Shown: positions 39,329 through 50,975 of the stretch, in pieces
Numbering within the stretch: position 1 is the first letter of the stretch
Layout of the letters: the number at the start of each line of letters is the position of its first letter
Origin: Dicyema japonicum
Taxonomy: Eukaryota > Animalia > Dicyemida
Direction of reading: 5' to 3'
NCBI GenBank assembly: GCA_011109175.1
Contig: RDEW01000002.1
Location: 1,058,676-1,122,675, forward strand
DNA: 64,000 nt
The notes under the pieces: model-generated
Databases searched by the model: none
The model's input: the letters and a program-made list of their open reading frames with translations, nothing else
What the model was told of the DNA's origin: nothing
Position numbers and translations under genes: made by a program

Positions 39329-40083
39329 TTAAATATGTTTATTAGTTTTATGAAAATGTAATAATTCATTGACCTCTGCTTGTAAATTATTTCTTATCCA
39401 AATTAAATTAGCCTTTCTTTCCTCAAGAATGTCAATCTCATTCGCATATTTTGATATTTCATTATTTTTCCGTTCTCTGCAATTTCGTGCTGCCATCTAC
39501 TCAATTATTATTACTGACTACTCGATTTCTCCCACGTCTTCGGATTTCATTCAAGTACTTTAATTGAAAGTCCGTGAATGAATTATTTTTTGACAAATTT
39601 TTTAAAATCATTTTTATCGTAATTAATGACAGCCTCATAGTCAAAGTTGGCATCACGTGTGAAGGTTGACTCAGCAAAGTGGTCCCTCCATTCGTAATCG
39701 TCATAATAGTCAATGTTATTGTATTGATACTCCATGGGCTGTGAATATGTCATGTTACCCCAATTTCTGTCTCTTATGTCCGGTGGATTAAGAGTATTCA
39801 GCTAAAATAAGACCTTAATCTACGTAGTAGTCTTCATTATAGCTGTAATCCTTGGGCATCATAATCTCCCCTGAAATACAAACTCAAAATGTACCAGTCT
39901 CGTGATTGACTGTGTACTGAAGGTCATTCAGTGTTTCATAGTCCATCTAACACATGATTGAACAAACTACAAATGAATGTTCGGGAATAAAGGAGTTTTG
40001 CATGCTATGACTCACTCCAAAGTCCATTCCATCGTCAAAGAAGTGATTATTCTAATATCTTAAAAGTGATCAGACCTCACCAT
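39329..40083 (-). CDS. CNC-type bZIP transcription factor, miniature Nrf2/CncC-like (about 209 aa)
   Basis: 'VINYDKNDF..F.....FTDFQLKYLNEIRRRGRNRMAARNCRERK' fits the CNC-bZIP basic region; N-terminal MDFGV and HETGE motifs. Introns of 29, 24, 24, 22, 25 nt; one frameshift in the A-run at 39586-39591. Confidence 0.82.
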
Positions 40084-40424
40084 TTTTTTATTTGCGGTTA
40101 GTCAATTCTATTATAACCCAATCAACCACGGCACTATTATCTGCCATGGAGAAGTGGTTTAGTAAAATTACGAGTTTTAATATTGTTAGTCATCCATTCA
40201 ACTGGGTTGACGGATTTCCCTTGTCTTCGGAAGTTAAAGAATTGTTATCTCAGTCCATGTGGGTGCCACCGCAACAAGTTAACCGCATAGACTATTCTAA
40301 GCCTAATTATGTAATAAATAAAATCTGGGGTATCATTAAGAAGTAGTCTCAATAGCCTAATATATATATATTGGTGGGAACTTGCAACTCATTTATCATT
40401 AATTGAGTGAAGGTTATATTGTGT

Positions 40425-40680
40425 TTATAACTCTGGATATACAGGAAAGAGGCTAAGAGTACATTAACGCATAATCAAGGTGTATCCAGTTCCCTCGATA
40501 GGGGTGAGACCTATCCTTTCTAAGCATCACGTCCATCCATAGCCTTCATTGTGTGAAGCCCTCAGGTAGAGTAGGAAGAGATATCTTTTTTCGATGCTGG
40601 CCTGGCATTGGGCGTCTCTTGAGATAGATTGAGTAACTGACACCCCTTAGGATTTGCTCACATCATTGGCTCAAACTTTC
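40425..40680 (-). mobile_element. SINE copy (core plus tail)
   Basis: Plus strand CTGGATATAC..GGTGTATCCAG stem at 40433-40490 and GGAAGAG..GATGCTGGCCTGGCATTGGGCG core at 40575-40615. Confidence 0.65.
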
Positions 40681-40699
40681 TGTATGATTGTAGATATTT

Positions 40700-41900
40700 T
40701 TTATTATATAGAACAATGGGCAGCTCGGTAGACTACCCCCTTTAAGAGTTTTTGCTGCAATTCTATTAAGAGATTTTCAATGGGCTGGATTTTATTTTCT
40801 GGTCCAATTAACTTTATTGCAGCTTCCTGGGCTGCGGATAGTTTCATGGACGAGGAGCGTGAAACCTTCATTAAAAACAGCATGACAAAGGACTTTGTTG
40901 CTGATGTGTCGAACCTCCACTTCGAGAGCTATAGTTCCGGCTTTTCAAGCATTTGTTGGGCGGACTGAGCCGCTGATTGAATGCCTCTGTCCTTGGAGGC
41001 AAGAATGATATCGTCGGCGTAGGAGAGATTAGACAGTTCTCATTACAGGTTTGTGATATGCCGTTTATGTAAAGGTTGAAGAGTTGGGGTGACAGTGGGG
41101 AGCCTTGAGGGACTCCATTTGGAAGGTAGTGAGATCTTGATTTTGTTGCAGAGTACTTGTGGTCGTCTTCCATTTAGGAAGTTTCCAAAGCTTCAAGTTC
41201 GGTTGGATGTTCGTTTCAAATATCTTATTTGTAAGGAGTTTTCTGGAGACTGAATCGAACGCTTTTGTGATGTCCACGGATATTAGTACTGTCCTTCGAT
41301 GTGGTTAGGGGAAGTTAAATCCTTCCGCAATGAATTGTGTGAGGGTTGTGAGTGGTCGAATGGTTACCTCGGAATCCGTGCTGAAGGTATTGAGTCTTGT
41401 ACTTTTTCCAAAAGCCTTTCAAAGATGGCCTTGGATATGGCCCTGCGGACATCCTAAGTAGTAAAGAGGATCCAGTCATTTTGGTTCAATCTTTTCCAGG
41501 AATACTTGGTGTTATTTTTTTGCACTGAGCATACTGTTATCTAGTCTATCTATTTGAATTTTTGGCCTTGATGTTCTTGTTGATCTATCTGTTCAGTTCT
41601 CGTATTTTTCTGACGTTCTCTTTTGTTGGCGATTTCATCCTCTTATGTCCTTTGATCAATCGCTTCGTCGTTGTGTCGAAACGTTTTGATGACGCAGGTT
41701 TCCTGCCCACTGGAATGTATTTCCTTCTCGCAGCGATTATGGTGGAGTTTAACAATTTCAATAATTGTTTGACGGAGGGAGGGTGTGGTCGCTTATTGTA
41801 TCGTATATAACAAACCAAAGAGAGCTGAGTGAAAATGTGTCCGAAGTCGGGTGCAGAAAAAATTTTACTGGATAAACCAGACGGGGGAGTTGCATAACAG
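40700..41900 (-). mobile_element. I/Jockey-like LINE fragments
   Basis: 'DITKAFDSVSR..L..KI', 'LPNGVPQGSPLSP.LFNLY', 'SYADD' in ORFs 40871-41277; upstream linker ORF 41585-41818. Confidence 0.8.
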
Positions 41901-41929
41901 AGGAAAACACCTTCGATATTCAGGGATCA

Positions 41930-42900
41930 GCTCCAAAAAATTCAGGGTGTGGATCCGTGGAGTTTGATCCCTGATAACAAAAAGAAGGTGTCTGCCGATA
42001 TATTTAAACACTCCGACGAGGAACTACCAATTGCTGATAGCACTGTCAGCATCTTTGAAGTGATGACAGCAATCAGGGAATGCAAGGTCAATGCTCCAGG
42101 ATATGACCACAAATCAATGAAACTTATCAAAGAAGGTCCGGATATTTTGTTTGACTATCTGCGATGTCTTTACGATGGGTGTTTACGACTTGGCCACTTG
42201 CCTTTAATATGGAAGAAAGCTGTTGTGAGGATAATTCCAAAACCAGGGAAGCCAAAGAGAGATCCGGCAAGCTACAGACCAATTAGCTTAATATGTTCTT
42301 TCGCGAAAGTTATTGAACGTATCATTTCAAAAGGCTAAGCAGACATATAGAAGAAAACGACTTTCTGATTCCAGAGCAGTGGGGTTTTCGTCCCGGAAGA
42401 GGCTGTGCAGACTGTTTCTTTCTACTGAATTCTGAAATCATGAAAGCAAAGGATTCCAAGAGACAAATAAACTTATTATGTCTTGATATCTTGAAAGCAT
42501 TCGACAGTGTATGAAGCGTTGTTAAAGCAGCTTGTATCAGCATGTGTTCCAAGATACCTATTTGTTTGGCTAAGAAATTATCTTCAGGAAAGACAATCTT
42601 TTGTGAAGGTGTGTGGATATATATCTGATGCAATATCATTCAAAAGAGGAGTACCTCACGGTTCAATATTGAGCCCTATTTTGTTTAATATATTTATGGC
42701 GAGTTTTCCACGTCCGAGGAATATTAACACTAGTCTTCTTATTTATGCGGATGACGTCAATCGTTGTTAAGGAGACATAAGCAAAAAGCCTACTAAATAC
42801 AACCATATGTTAGGAACTGGCAACACAAAGCAGACAAACATGCTGCATCGGTGATCCTTGGATATGAAAATTGTCCCCACCAAATCGACTTTCTTGAGAC
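41930..42900 (+). mobile_element. Second LINE family, RT fragment
   Basis: 'APGYD', 'P..WKKA.V..IPKPGK...DPASYRPISL....AKV.ER', 'LDI.KAFD.V', 'GVP.GSILSP.LFN', 'IYADD'. Confidence 0.8.
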
Positions 42901-42959
42901 TACTCTGATTTTATCCAGTTCTCCGATCATAGTGGAGCGCATCTTTTTCAAGCATTACA

Positions 42960-43150
42960 TCCATCCACCATAGTGAGGACCATTCCATAGGGAAGAGAGG
43001 AATCCTCTTTGGATGCCAACCAGGCACTGGACGTCTCCCGAGTTAGGTGTGACGTCTCTTAGGAATTAAAGAAAGCAAAAAAAGAATTATTCGACCAAGT
43101 AGGTAGCAGTGTGAGACTCTAACCCTCAGCTAGACAAGTAGGAGATCCTA
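42960..43150 (-). mobile_element. SINE copy with tRNA-like head
   Basis: Core GGGAAGAGAG..GGATGCCAACCAGGCACTGG at 42990-43030; B-box-like GGTTAGAGTCTC on the minus strand at about 43112-43123. Confidence 0.55.
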
Positions 43151-43289
43151 CGTGTCTCTTATTATTATTAACCCCAGGCTTACCATTGTATGCCCAGCAC
43201 AAACAGTCATAACTAACTAATCCAAGGAAGGAACCAAAGTGAAATCATCTGCTTTTGTCTCTTATATAGAATATTAATAATAAAACAAA

Positions 43290-44773
43290 TGCCTTACTAC
43301 TCGCTGAACGTGTGGTATTTGGATGATTGCACCCTGGGAGGTCATCCTAACAATGTATATGACTGTCTACAGAGATTACTAACCCAATTGGATACGCTTG
43401 GTTTAAAGCTAAACGCATCCAAATGCGAAATCGTTAATTATGGATTCTCCCGATATGAATGGAATCGGATCCTATTAATGTTTCGGGGGATTTTTCCTAA
43501 AATATCGGAAATCGAGCCGGATCATTTGGAAATACTTGGATGCCCTCTGGCTGAAACTGGAATTAACGACACTCTGTTGGCTAAAGAACAGCAACTAAGA
43601 AAAACTTTTTTACGCCTTGGGATGCTGGATGCACATACCTTTCTTTTTCTCATGAAAAACGCTTTATTAACGCAGAAATTAAATTACGTCCTTCGAGGAG
43701 CTCCATGTTACCTGAAAATGCAACAACTCGGGGCGATTGACTCCCTATTCCGGTCTACGACCGAACGTATTACTAATGTCGAATTCGACGAACAAGGATG
43801 GGAACAAGCAACCTTGCCCGTTCGCTTTGGTGGACTCGGAATTCTCTCACCATCTGATTTAGCACACCCGGCATATCAATCCTCATTGGACTCCAATCAG
43901 AATTTGATCATGATGATTCTCCAGCTCCCATCAGAGTCGTCAAAGATCGAAGATTTGGTACACCCTAAAGTCAAACAACTCGGGCAGAGAGACCTTTATG
44001 AGTCTGTTTGCGAGGATAAATACGAGAGGCTTTTGAAAATATCTAACCAACACCGACGAGCTTGTCTTTTAACTGCAAGATGCAAGTGGAGCGGGGCTTG
44101 GATCAATGCCCTACCCATTGGAAACGTGGGAACTCACCTAGACGATGAAACGGTCAGTCTCCATCAGACTTGGATTGCAAGTTTGTCAACCCCATGAGTG
44201 CCGATGCGGCCGGAAGGTCGACTGCTATGGACATCATGCCCTTTCTTGTCGAAAAAGCGCAGGTCGATTCGCTAGACACAAGGCTATAAATGAAGTGGTG
44301 AAGCCGCCCTCGAGTTGGCGGGATATCCATCCATTCTAGAGCGAACGGGCTTGAGTAGGGATGATGGGAAGCGACCCCATGGAATTACACTCTTCCCCTT
44401 CTCTCGGGGCAAATGCTTAATTTGGGATGCTGCCTGTACTGACAGCTTTTCCCAGTCGAAACTTTTGAGGTCGGTAATGAAAGCGGGAGAGGCCTCCCGT
44501 TTATATGAAAACTCAAAAATAAAGAAATACAGCAGCCTCTAAATTGTTTCCATGTACAGCCAGTGGTCGTCGAGACGAGCGGAGTCTTTGGCCCCAAGAC
44601 GGTCTTTTTCCTTAGAGCACTTGGGTGTCTATTGACCAAAGCCTCGAGGGAGCGTCGGGAAACCGAGTGGCTTTTCCAAAGGATATCCCTGGCAGTAATC
44701 AGAGGTAACAGCCACTCGATCATATCCGCTGGACTCAGTAATTAACTACTCATGTTTCCTAATAATAAATTAT
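43290..44773 (+). mobile_element. CRE-type (RLE) non-LTR retrotransposon, 5'-truncated in the RT
   Basis: 'LNVWYLDD.TLGG', 'GL.LNASKCE', 'W.QA.LP...GGLGI', CCHC (HECRCG..VD..GHH...C), 'DGKRPHGITL.P...GK...WD..C.DSF', 'VVETSG', 'RGNS.SI'. 15-bp TSD TAAT(A/T)ATAAAACAAA at 43275-43289 and 44774-44788 (1 mismatch). Confidence 0.9.
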
Positions 44774-44804
44774 TAATTATAAAACAAAATATAAACAATA
44801 AATA

Positions 44805-45678
44805 TTATTTCATGTCCAACATAGTAGATGAGGTATAAAGTGAGTGCACAATATCATAAATAAGATCACGTTCATCACATCCTGGCAATTTTAATAAATT
44901 TATTATGGCCTCTCTGACTTTATTATTTTGATTATCCTCCCACAATGAAACATCTAACATATTCAAAACACAAACTCTATTAGCGATAACAAAGTTCCAC
45001 CCAAATCTCTTACAGGCAACACACAAGTCCAAATTACCACTAAGAATGGGCAAAGACTCACAAATTGACGCAATAAATGACGCCTCTCCCTCAAAGTCAT
45101 ACTTTTCGCCATTCTCAAACCCCCACATCATAAAGTCAGCAATCCCATTGGAGACAATCACCAATATCTAAGAATTAGTGAATTATAATACATCAGAGTG
45201 TTTGAGGTCAGCCAAAAGCAGAGAAACCCGAGAAAGAAGATAGTCTCCCAACAAAATCACAGCACCTTTCTGCTGAGTCGGACAATCGACAATATTTTTG
45301 TGGATGGAAAAAGCCAGGGGAATCAACTCACTCACTTCTGTCAAAATCCTTCCTCTAATAATACAACAATTCAATACTTTGAGGGAAACCCCTCCACTTG
45401 TGAGTTTTTTGACAACACTTTGCACAACAGTGAAGTAATGAGCGGGTAAATTCTATAAAATGATAATTCCCGCTTCGTTTTTCTATGATTTTTAGTATTT
45501 TCTACCCCATTGAGGTCAATAAGTTGGGGTAGGAATTTAAGAGATATTTGGAAACAGTTTTAATCTGTTTGTCTTGAAAATACTTTAAAGGGATGTTTGT
45601 AATGTCATCTTTAACATAAATTAGTGATTTTCTGATAATATTAGAATATAAATTAGATCTGGACATCCATGTTGACAT
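44805..45678 (-). CDS. PDSS2: All-trans-polyprenyl diphosphate synthase subunit 2-like (PDSS2/DLP1)
   Basis: 'LTEVSELI..AF.IHK.IV' and 'AVILLGDYLLSR....LA.L....V' fit the DDxxD-less subunit; four introns of 23, 35, 24, 24 nt give an open frame. Confidence 0.72.
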
Positions 45679-46232
45679 GAAAGAATTACTATTTAATAAT
45701 TTAAATAAATTATTATAAAAGTAAATTATAAAATAAACAAATTTATCCTTGTATGGTTGGTCTTTGGAACTATGTGGTTATTTAATCTGATGGGGAAAAG
45801 TTGTTGGCTTTTTTGATGTTTTGAGAGTCAGATAACACTAACATTTCACTGTGGATTTAAATAAGAATGTTTAAAAGGTGGAATTGCCAGTTCATGGCCT
45901 ACTAAACACCGCTAATTTTTTGATAAATTATGTTTTGTTACATTCAAGTTAGTTTTTAAATCTGCTATCACTCGTTGTTATCTGTGACTTAGTGAATCCT
46001 CTAATCTGTTGAATTGGTGTCATCTTAAGTCAGAAGAACAAGCTATTCTCAACAGATTGGTCAACGAGATATATAGGGGCTGGATTTATGTTAAGATTCG
46101 ACTCAGTGAATTCCGAATTTTTAAAGGATATGTTGATTAGGGACTATATATTTTCTTTGGTTTATCCGGGGTTGATAAATTAAATTTATAACACTTTATT
46201 AATAGACTATTGAGAGATATCATAATGTGGGT

Positions 46233-46305
46233 ATGTATTTCTCATAAGGTTAAAGGAGTGGTGGGTTTCATGTATTTCTCATAAGGTTAAAGGAGTGGTG
46301 GGTTT
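46233..46305. repeat. Tandem duplication, 36-bp unit twice
   Basis: ATGTATTTCTCATAAGGTTAAAGGAGTGGTGGGTTT at 46233-46268 and 46270-46305. Confidence 0.9.
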
Positions 46306-46791
46306 GTTGGAGGAGGACAGCATTGTAAAATAGCAAAACCATACATTCAGTGAGATTGGAAAAATAGAATCGTGAGTCTAACGAAACTATAGTAGTTGAC
46401 GCTTAGCACCTAACTATTTTGGGCAATCCATGTAACTGACTATTTTAATGAAACAAGGACAATCACATGATTGTTTCCATTTCCTTAATGCGTTTAATGT
46501 ACATGCCAAAGTAATTGTTATGGATTGTTACCAAAAAGCCTGTTAAGAATGTAATATTAGTATTAATCCCCTCTTCAAGATCAATCTAATAAAATAATAT
46601 ATTGTACTTCATTATAAACAACCGAAGGCGAAAATTTGTATTTTCTGGCTAATATTAGTTCAGACTCTAAAATTACTACTGATAATACTCCTCTTCATAT
46701 CCTCACTTGTTGTTAGATTCCGTCTACTGCGAATGGAAACGAGTCCTAAGATGACCAAACTGTCAACCCTTTTTGATAGATTGCATTCTTT

Positions 46792-49598
46792 TCATGGAAC
46801 ATAATTATAGTTCAAGTCTTTGGATATTTCAATAAGCTTTTTGTCGTCGAATATGACGACAATGTTCTCCAAATAGCACTCACAACGTCGAACATTGATT
46901 TTCTAGACTGACGTCGAATGAATAACCTCACTGTACAGCTTTTTAATAAGACTGCTGAGATTTTTAGACTTTTTGAACTTGTCAATCTCATATTTAGCCG
47001 CCTTCTCGAGAGCCTGGGTCATTTCCAGGTCAAATGCAGTCTAGAATACAAAAATTGACAAACTTTACGATCTCTGGATTGTTCGGTTACAGTCCGAATG
47101 TATTTAGAAAGAATCCTCCATTTATTAAAGTTGACCAAACCATCGACGACAGAGCATTATTAAAGTTGATGTTATAAAGGTCTTTTTGGATTATGGGGAA
47201 GAAGGGAATCTAAATTAAAGGAGTGCCCAACCGCTTGGTGGTCCTAGAAACTTGTACTAACTCAGTTCGATAAATAGCCATATTTCTTAGAGGACTCATC
47301 AACTGCGTGAGTCTGTTATATATTTTAATAGAATTGGAGGGAATCATATTCCATATTTTGGGAGTATTGGCTATGGCTGGGTGATTCATTCCAGACACAA
47401 ATGTAAAGGCAGCATTATAATTATGTTTCCTTTCAAGCAAATCTGAATACAACCAAGCATATACGAGATATTATGATGAATTTGTTCAATATTTTAGCTC
47501 TCTGCTCAATCTCTCTGTTACAGCAAATTTCAGTGACCATCCACATCATTTGTTTATTACTGAACTAAATAATTATGACTATAACTAACATTGATGTATT
47601 CACGTAAATATTCACATTCTATTGGGTAATTTGACGATATGTTGGCCATGTAATGGTAGTTGCTTATATTTAACACGTAATTCATGTCTTTGCTGTGAAT
47701 ACACTCCGCAAGCAATATCGTTATTTGGCTTAGAAAATCATTAGAATCACTTTCCATGTCCACAATCTTCAGTTCCCCCATAAAATCCTCATTCTGGGCA
47801 ATGTAATAGCTAATCTTAGGCCTCACTCATACCGAGCGTTTAACGGGAGAATTGAGGCTAATCCTTTGATAGACAACGAAAGCTTATGGGCAGTGAATTC
47901 ACCATCCATGATTACTTCATAGAACGAGTACTCACTAAAACTGAAATTCACTAAGATCACACTGCAAGCCCCTTTAGATTGAATTCGTAAAGTGCGGCCA
48001 AAATGACATCCCCCACAGCCATATCCGACGTGATTGGGAGTATTCGACTTCCAAGTTGTACATTATAGACTTTAATCAAGTCCACATTCCAATTTGGGTT
48101 GTTTTCCAGTAATTTCAAACACGTGTAGTATTTTTCAATTTTATAGTTGTTTTGGGTTTTCCGTAAAGATAAATATCTGTCTTTATTTTCATCCACGTGT
48201 TTTTTCCTAAAACATAAATATATACAACTTTAGTTTGAATTTTGACGACTTCCTCTTCTTTTTACTGCTAACAAATACCATTTCTGACTGAAGGTGGGTG
48301 GTTGTCCCCATTAGCTCTACGTTTTAGTTTACTCGTCACCTTCAAAGTCAGGTTCCACGTGGATAACATAGTCATTAGCCATAGTTTCTAGTATTAAATT
48401 CACGTCATCGTGGGAAAAGTCGGTTACTGACATTCCATTGATTCCCTTTAACTGAAAATAACGGTGATAACAACCACGTCATCTGGTCGTAAGCCTTCTA
48501 CTTGTTCAGTCGTGTCCACTGAGAATTTCCCATTAAATTTAATGACAATTCCAAATTTGATATTAATTTTTCTCTCCCATTTTTTGGATTTGCAGATTTC
48601 ATACAACTCCCATATCTGTGCTTTTATATAACTAAAGTGCTAAACCTTAGGCTTAATCAATTGCACGAATTCCACGAGAAACTCCCACAACTTAATATCA
48701 AAGACAAAGTCAGAGTGATTGTGGGTAATCCAGAAGAATACAATTTCAATTGACTAATAAATACTCATGAATACTTTATCAATCAACTCGGGGTCAGTAA
48801 ACCACTCCCTGAGTTTACTCAAGACAACAGTTGGATCCACAAAAGTCCGGTAGCAAAGGAAAAAATCATATAAATAGTCGTTATCCATCCCAAGTAACTC
48901 ATTTATCAGGACATCGGTCGTCCCCTGAGATTACAGCACATTTACCTTCAAAATAGAGAAACTCAGTTGGTCATTAACCTTCCTGGACTCCTTCACACAT
49001 ATTAAATCCCCAGAATCGTTGTATAATTTTACTACATTTTGTGCAAACTAATATAACCACATAATAGTACTTCTTTGAGAACTCGCACATACTCTTCCTG
49101 CATAATTATGATGAACTGTACTTCTGGTGTTTTAGTAATCATTGTCCCCCTGTGATGCTGTTTTTCCAATGTTGGGGTCACTCCGAAGCTGTTTGCTTTA
49201 ATACACATTAACCTATCCCCCACTCCCAGTTCCACTGTTGAACCATCTCTCTTCTTCACCAAAACAGTTCCATTCATTATAACACTCCAAGAGTCCATCT
49301 CTTCCCCATCTTCCATAACCACCGTATCAATGTTATCCACTTCCGCGAACATCATCAACTCACAAAACTTTAATTTCGTGACATCAGTAAAATTTGAGAA
49401 TGCCTTTATGTTCTTAATAATAATACATTTATATTCTGAATAAATTCAAACAGAATTTCCACACTTTTTTCAGTACGTAGATGAGGGTCCTCTTCTAATA
49501 TTTCATATATTAAATCATTATGTAAGTTCTCTTAATAAATACAATATTACGATTGATGATATTTTGGTATCTATCACATCTAATTCTAATTTATTCAT
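46792..49598 (-). CDS. RAPGEF2: Rap guanine nucleotide exchange factor, PDZ-GEF type (RAPGEF2/6)
   Basis: 'LEEDP..RT...VE.L.EF...AF.N.T', cNMP-like 'DGEEMDSWSVIMNG.V..SFGVTPT', REM 'GT...LI..LL..D..Y..DFFL.YRTF', degenerate PDZ, RasGEF 'IPFFPII.KDL..DGLVNF.K.R'. Many tiny introns, not all resolved; frameshift at about 47153. Confidence 0.88.
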
Positions 49599-49849
49599 TA
49601 TGCATCTTTTATTACTTTTTAATTTAATATTATTTTTAATTTAAATATTTATAATTAAACACTTTTTAATTATTTAATTTAACTATTAATCCCCACTGAC
49701 ATAATTGATTCACCTCTACCTATTGCAGGGACGATCTACGGACGCTATACTTTCTGAGTGTAGTGAGATGTCCAAGTCTATTGAGAAAAATAGTGATTTT
49801 GAACACTATATTTTATTTTTACTATTTTTAGCACTTTACCAACAAGTGA

Positions 49850-50010
49850 AAATTGTTCCAGTGGTTTTGACTCAAGATGCTTCAAGAATCATATGGATAA
49901 ATTATCTATTGAAGAATCAACGAGGACTTACATCCAATCGGTTGTGCTGAAGAGAACGCTCGAAAGTATGCTCATTGAACATAAGCATGGAATGAAGGTA
50001 TACGATGAAA
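49850..50010 (+). mobile_element. R4/Dong-like RLE retrotransposon C-terminal remnant
   Basis: 'VKIVPVVLT..D...K.HM.KL.I....RTYIQSVVLKRTLES'; a weaker match 'VVLTWDGVV.K' lies on the minus strand at about 13550-13610. Clade assignment is from remembered motifs. Confidence 0.5.
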
Positions 50011-50259
50011 AGTACGCCTCTGCTACCTCCCAACTTGTGGAATGGCATGCCGTGAGGACAGCCCACTGGACTCTAACGGAGATATTTTGACTGAATCTGA
50101 TGTGGAGATGCGGAGTAACAGGGAGGTTATGGCACACTCTTCTTCTAAGAGAAGAAGAGGGATTACCAACAATCTGGATCAAAATCCGCTTAATTATTTA
50201 ATTTACTCGTTATAAACAAATATAAAATATTTTAAATTAACACTTTACCATTTTATCAT

Positions 50260-50420
50260 AGAAGACAACTGAAAACAGGAGAGGATCTGGATGATCTGAG
50301 GGCAAATGCGAGAAAAAGGGTGAGGATGGAAACGATTCAGAGGGCGTATCCAGAGATGCATGGCAAAAGTGGAATCTCAAATTAGTTAACTTTTCTGGTT
50401 CGCGGGCATTGCTAATAATA
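50260..50420 (+). mobile_element. Short copy of the RTE 3' end
   Basis: GAGGATCTGGATGATCTGAGGGCA..CCAGAGATGCATGGCAAAAG..TTAGTTAACTTTTCTGGTTCGCG matches the reverse complement of 3930-4050. Confidence 0.8.
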
Positions 50421-50502
50421 AATTACCATTTTATACAAGCCTATACTTAAAAATATCAATGATGACTAGGGCATCGGAAATTAAAAAAATTTTTTAAAAG
50501 TA

Positions 50503-50975
50503 CAGTAAAGTCTCTCGAATCCGCCAATTTCGGGGATCGGGAAAATCTGCGAATTCGAGGATTTGGAGGATTCAAGAAACTTATTAATTTTTTCATCCAT
50601 TAATAATGTAAATCAAAAAATTGAACAAATTAAATAGGTTTATTATCAAATGAATAAAAATTAAATTAAGGCATCTGAATGGCCATGCTATTTCTCCTAA
50701 CAATAGCCAAAAATTATTTATAAGCAAAAAAATCAGTAAGTTTTGATTTGTTTTTTTTAGAGTTCGGATCATTGAAGATCCAAGCTTTTCAATAGACTCA
50801 AGAGATAATATGTGAATAATATTACATCTTTAAGTTTAATTTTTTGTATGCGAATTAGGGATTTATCAGCTTTTATTTTCTGAATAATATTAGAAAATTT
50901 AAGAGAATTGAAAATGCATTTGTACGATTTGATTATAACCTGATCCAATGGTTGCAAAAGCGACGTTATTAATCT
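50503..50975 (-). mobile_element. pogo/Tigger (Tc1/mariner) remnant
   Basis: TA followed by TIR-like CAGTAAAGTCTCTCGAATCCG at 50501; DDE_1-type 'TSLLQPLDQ.IIKSYK' on the minus strand; truncated by a LINE tail. Confidence 0.7.
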
